DNA of 13,119 bases from Tubiluchus corallicola. Its lineage: Eukaryota; Animalia; Priapulida. The translations under genes and the position numbers were made by a program. The stretch covers positions 34,868-47,986 of the forward strand of contig JAQGDQ010001314.1 of the NCBI GenBank assembly GCA_030141605.1, read 5' to 3'. This document shows, piece by piece, positions 10,118-13,119 of this stretch (its first letter is position 1; every line of letters begins with the position of its first letter). The notes under the pieces were generated by a model. The model made no database searches. It had not been told where the DNA came from and was given only the letters and a program-made list of their open reading frames with translations.

Positions 10118-10141
10118 CTTGTCTTCCTCTTCAAATGATCT
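10118..10141 (-). CDS. Candidate 24-nt microexon of the RTK-like gene (RSFEEEDK)
   Basis: tatttaaag|AGA TCA TTT GAA GAG GAA GAC AAG|gtattt; phase 0/0 and purine-rich, lying between two phase-0 junctions. The acceptor (AAG) is weak. Confidence 0.45.
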
Positions 10142-10258
10142 CTTTAAATACACTTTATTACTATTATAGTAATTTGAAGTAGCAGATTTAGATGATGAAA
10201 AATGTAGTTTATGAATTATATATTAAGTTATTTTTGTATGAATAATAATGAACAGTAC

Positions 10259-10402
10259 CTGATTTGTCTTTAGATCTTCATCATCGTAAATGTATGGTTC
10301 ATAGATGTCGCCATTAGAGACACGATCCCGTTTCCCATCCTCCACGTCACCGTTGTAGCCAACATTATCAAAAACAAACGGCGATTCCTCCTTTTCGTTG
10401 CT
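10259..10402 (-). CDS. RTK-like gene exon: acidic, Tyr-rich cytoplasmic juxtamembrane segment
   Basis: SNEKEESPFVFDNVGYNGDVEDGKRDRVSNGDIYEPYIYDDEDLKTNQ. Acceptor gtgttacag|AGC at 10402, donor CAG|gtactg at 10259; 144 nt, phase 0/0, between the TM and kinase exons. Confidence 0.85.
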
Positions 10403-10511
10403 CTGTAACACATGTTTATTTATCTCAATAATATTTTAATAATTCCATTAGAAAATTGTCTTTACGAAGTGAGAGTACAAATTAGCTCAGAACTATAAAT
10501 GTTACATTCAA

Positions 10512-11108
10512 AGGAAGGCAGGACGATTTTTCATACACTACCCCAGTTGCAAGTCTGGAATAAAGTATACATTTTAGCACAATTAATACAGCAAAAGTCT
10601 TTCTGATAATTAAATAATAGATTAAAAACTTAATTAACGGAGGCGAACCCAACTATTGATGACATCACAAACTAACATAATTTTCAACAGCAAAAATATT
10701 CCACGACGTGTTGCACTGTTTGCAAAAGCAAAAATTGAAGTACAGCGCCACTGTAAGATATCAGTGTGTTGTGCACAGTCGCAAAGATAAAAATTAAATT
10801 TCAAATTTACCGCTGTCTCAACATGAGTTAACGTGTGTAGTTCGTCACAGAATAACACATCTGAACTGAGAGGTACAGCACCATCTTTTTGTGCAACGCA
10901 TTTCCGAAATGTAGGCGCTAGTGCCAGTCTAACTAGCGAATGGTGAAATGCATGTAACAGCGAAAAACTAGTGGCACGAACGCGAAATTGTGTTTGTGTG
11001 GTAATAATTCTTTCACGTAAGTCATTCTTTAAAAAATAGTATGTTTCCTTTCAATATTTTAAAGAATAGATTATTTTAACTTGCAGTTTAACATTGGGTC
11101 TGGTTTTT
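10512..11108 (-). mobile_element. Kolobok-like non-autonomous element, copy 2 (inverted)
   Basis: Reverse-complement homology to copy 1 along its length. The left end is TCAA|AGGAAGGCAGGAC and the right end is CATTGGGTCTGGTTTT...TTAA (11109-11112). Confidence 0.8.
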
Positions 11109-11470
11109 TTAATAATAAAATGCGAAATTAAAGAATAAAAGGAAAGAACAAGACACATAGTATGTTGGTTCATTTTACTGTTATCGTTTAAACCAGGTAC
11201 CTCTATAACTAAGTTAAAGAGGTCCTTGCATAAACTTACAAAAACATATAGCAATGAAGTTTGCAAAGAACTGCCTCTAAAGCATAAAGATAATTTATGC
11301 AACCGTTGAATAGAAATCCTTTTGACATTTTTCACAAACTCTGAAATAAGCCCAACTTTGCAGAAGGTTTCAGATTTCCTTTAAGCTAGACTTTAAGTGT
11401 GATCTATAATTATTTTAAATTACCTCTAATTTTGCACATTTGCCGAATGTAAATTAACTTCGTGACTTAA

Positions 11471-12055
11471 AGCAAAAAGCGGTCCCAATCTTAAACTGTA
11501 GGTCAAAACAACCTACTCTTTAAAATATTGAAAGGAAGCGTACTTTTTTCAAGAATGTCTTGGTAAAAGAATTATTACCACACAAACAGAATTTCACGTT
11601 CGCGCCACTAGTTCTTTGCTGTTACATGCATTTCGTCATTTGCTGGTTGGACTGGCATTTCGGAAATGCATTACACAGAAAACACGTGCTATACCTCTCA
11701 GTGTAAATGTGTTAGTTTGTAACGAACTACACACGTTTGATAGCACAGCGGTAAATTTGAAATTTGAAATTTTATCTTAAAACTTGCCTAGTTTTAGTAC
11801 AACACACTGAATATCTTACAGTAGCACTGTACTTCAATTTTCTCTTTCACAAACACGTGCAACACGCTCGTGGAATATTTTTGCTATTGAAAATTATGTT
11901 AGTTTGTGATGTCATCAATAGTTGGGCTCGCCCGCCGGTAATTAAGCGTTTAATCTATTATTTAATTATCAGAAATGCTTTTGCAGTATTAATTGTGTTG
12001 AAATGTATACTTTTTATCGGACTTGAAAATGGAGTCGTTTATGAAAAATCATCCT
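11471..12055 (+). mobile_element. Kolobok-like non-autonomous element, copy 3 (3' terminus degraded)
   Basis: It starts TTAA|AGCAAAAAGCGGTCCCAAT and is homologous to copy 1 through ...ATGAAAAATCATCCT. The terminal CCT-TTAA is not recognisable. Confidence 0.8.
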
Positions 12056-12102
12056 TCAATTCTTCATCATCGAATACTAAAAATTAAGAGCGGTTAAGTT
12101 AC

Positions 12103-12227
12103 CTTCCTCTCGAAGCAAAGCATTTTCTTCCAAAATAGATACCCAATCACAGCAGCAGCTATGAGTGCCAAGAACAAAAAAGTAAGGCCAAGCGCCAGTC
12201 CAGTACGACAAGCATCCTCATTAGATA
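12103..12227 (-). CDS. RTK-like gene exon: single transmembrane helix with basic stop-transfer
   Basis: Manual translation gives SNEDACRTGLALGLTFLFLALIAAAVIGYLFWKKMLCFERK, about 23 hydrophobic residues followed by KK. Acceptor atatttacag|TA at 12227 (phase 1), donor AAG|gtaact at 12103 (phase 0); 125 nt. Confidence 0.88.
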
Positions 12228-12341
12228 CTGTAAATATGTTTAGTTCTGCTGTAATTCATTTCAATTTCATTCAAATTTTTATTATGACAACTAAGGCATA
12301 TTAAATACAAAAAAGCAATGAAATAAAAAATTACAAGATTA

Positions 12342-12841
12342 ATATATATTATATTATATTATATCATATTATATTATATTATATTATATTATATTATATT
12401 ATATTATATTATATTATATTATATTATATTATATTATATTATATTATATTATATTATATTATATTATATTATATTATATTATATTATATTATATTATATT
12501 ATATTATATTATATTATATTATATCATATCATATCATATCATATCATATCATATCATATCATATCATATTATATTATATTATATTATATTATATTATATT
12601 ATATTATATTATATATATCATATCATATCATATTATCATATCATATATCATATCATATCATATCATATCATATCATATCATATCATATCATATCATATCA
12701 TATCATATCATATCATATCATATCATATCATATCATATCATATCATATCATATCATATCATATCATATCATATCATATCATATCATATCATATCATATAT
12801 CATATCATATCATATCATATCATATATATATATATATATAT
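12342..12841. repeat. Compound pentanucleotide microsatellite (ATATT)n/(ATATC)n ending in (TA)n
   Basis: About 500 bp of alternating ATATT and ATATC blocks read directly. Confidence 0.98.
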
Positions 12842-13024
12842 TAAGAGCTACATAAATTTTAGAGGCTAATTATGTAATAATTCGTTCCATTTCACAAAAA
12901 AACAACATTTGACAAGTCTATGTGAGTTAATAATAGCAGTTATAATACTATTGCCAGTGTGCAGTAGTAACCTATTACGATCGCGATGACATGATCTGCT
13001 GCGAGTATGACTAAAATGTGCTAG

Positions 13025-13119
13025 AGATAGGTTTACACACATGCCAGAAGTACTGCAATCGTAGATAGGTTTACACACATGCCAGAAGTACTGCAATCGT
13101 AGATAGGTTTACACACATG
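13025..13119. repeat. 38-bp tandem repeat, 2.5 identical copies, truncated by the right window edge
   Basis: AGATAGGTTTACACACATGCCAGAAGTACTGCAATCGT starts at 13025, 13063 and 13101. Confidence 0.93.

Noticed and set aside
4816-12087. Apparent small gene family (ORFs 4816..5004, 10634..10858, 11764..12087 sharing LLKIMLVCDVI)
   Set aside because: All three lie inside copies of the same non-coding transposon. Frames and ends differ between copies and there are no transposase motifs.
3199-12227. Assigning a gene symbol (FGFR, RET, Tie, torso, PTK7)
   Set aside because: The ectodomain is outside the window and the kinase is too divergent to name without a phylogeny.

Overview
AT-rich eukaryotic (probably invertebrate animal) genomic DNA. 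The window is the middle of one minus-strand, multi-exon receptor tyrosine kinase (RTK)-family gene. Five phase-compatible GT-AG exons encode a transmembrane helix (12227-12103), a Tyr-rich juxtamembrane segment (10402-10259), kinase subdomains I-II (8560-8401), subdomains III-VIa with a kinase insert (5415-5075) and subdomains VIb-VII (3321-3199, missed by the ORF track). A possible 24-nt microexon lies at 10141-10118. The ectodomain and the rest of the kinase C-lobe lie outside the window. The kinase reads HRDLAARS and NFG instead of HRDLAARN and DFG and has no Tyr in the visible activation loop, so it is a predicted receptor pseudokinase. The introns hold a 51/52-bp hairpin satellite with higher-order structure, a 34-bp array made of the 3' splice site itself, 26-bp and 38-bp minisatellites, microsatellites, a perfect 64-bp palindrome and three copies of a TTAA-flanked Kolobok-like non-autonomous transposon in both orientations. 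No prokaryotic systems, CRISPR arrays or RNA genes were found.
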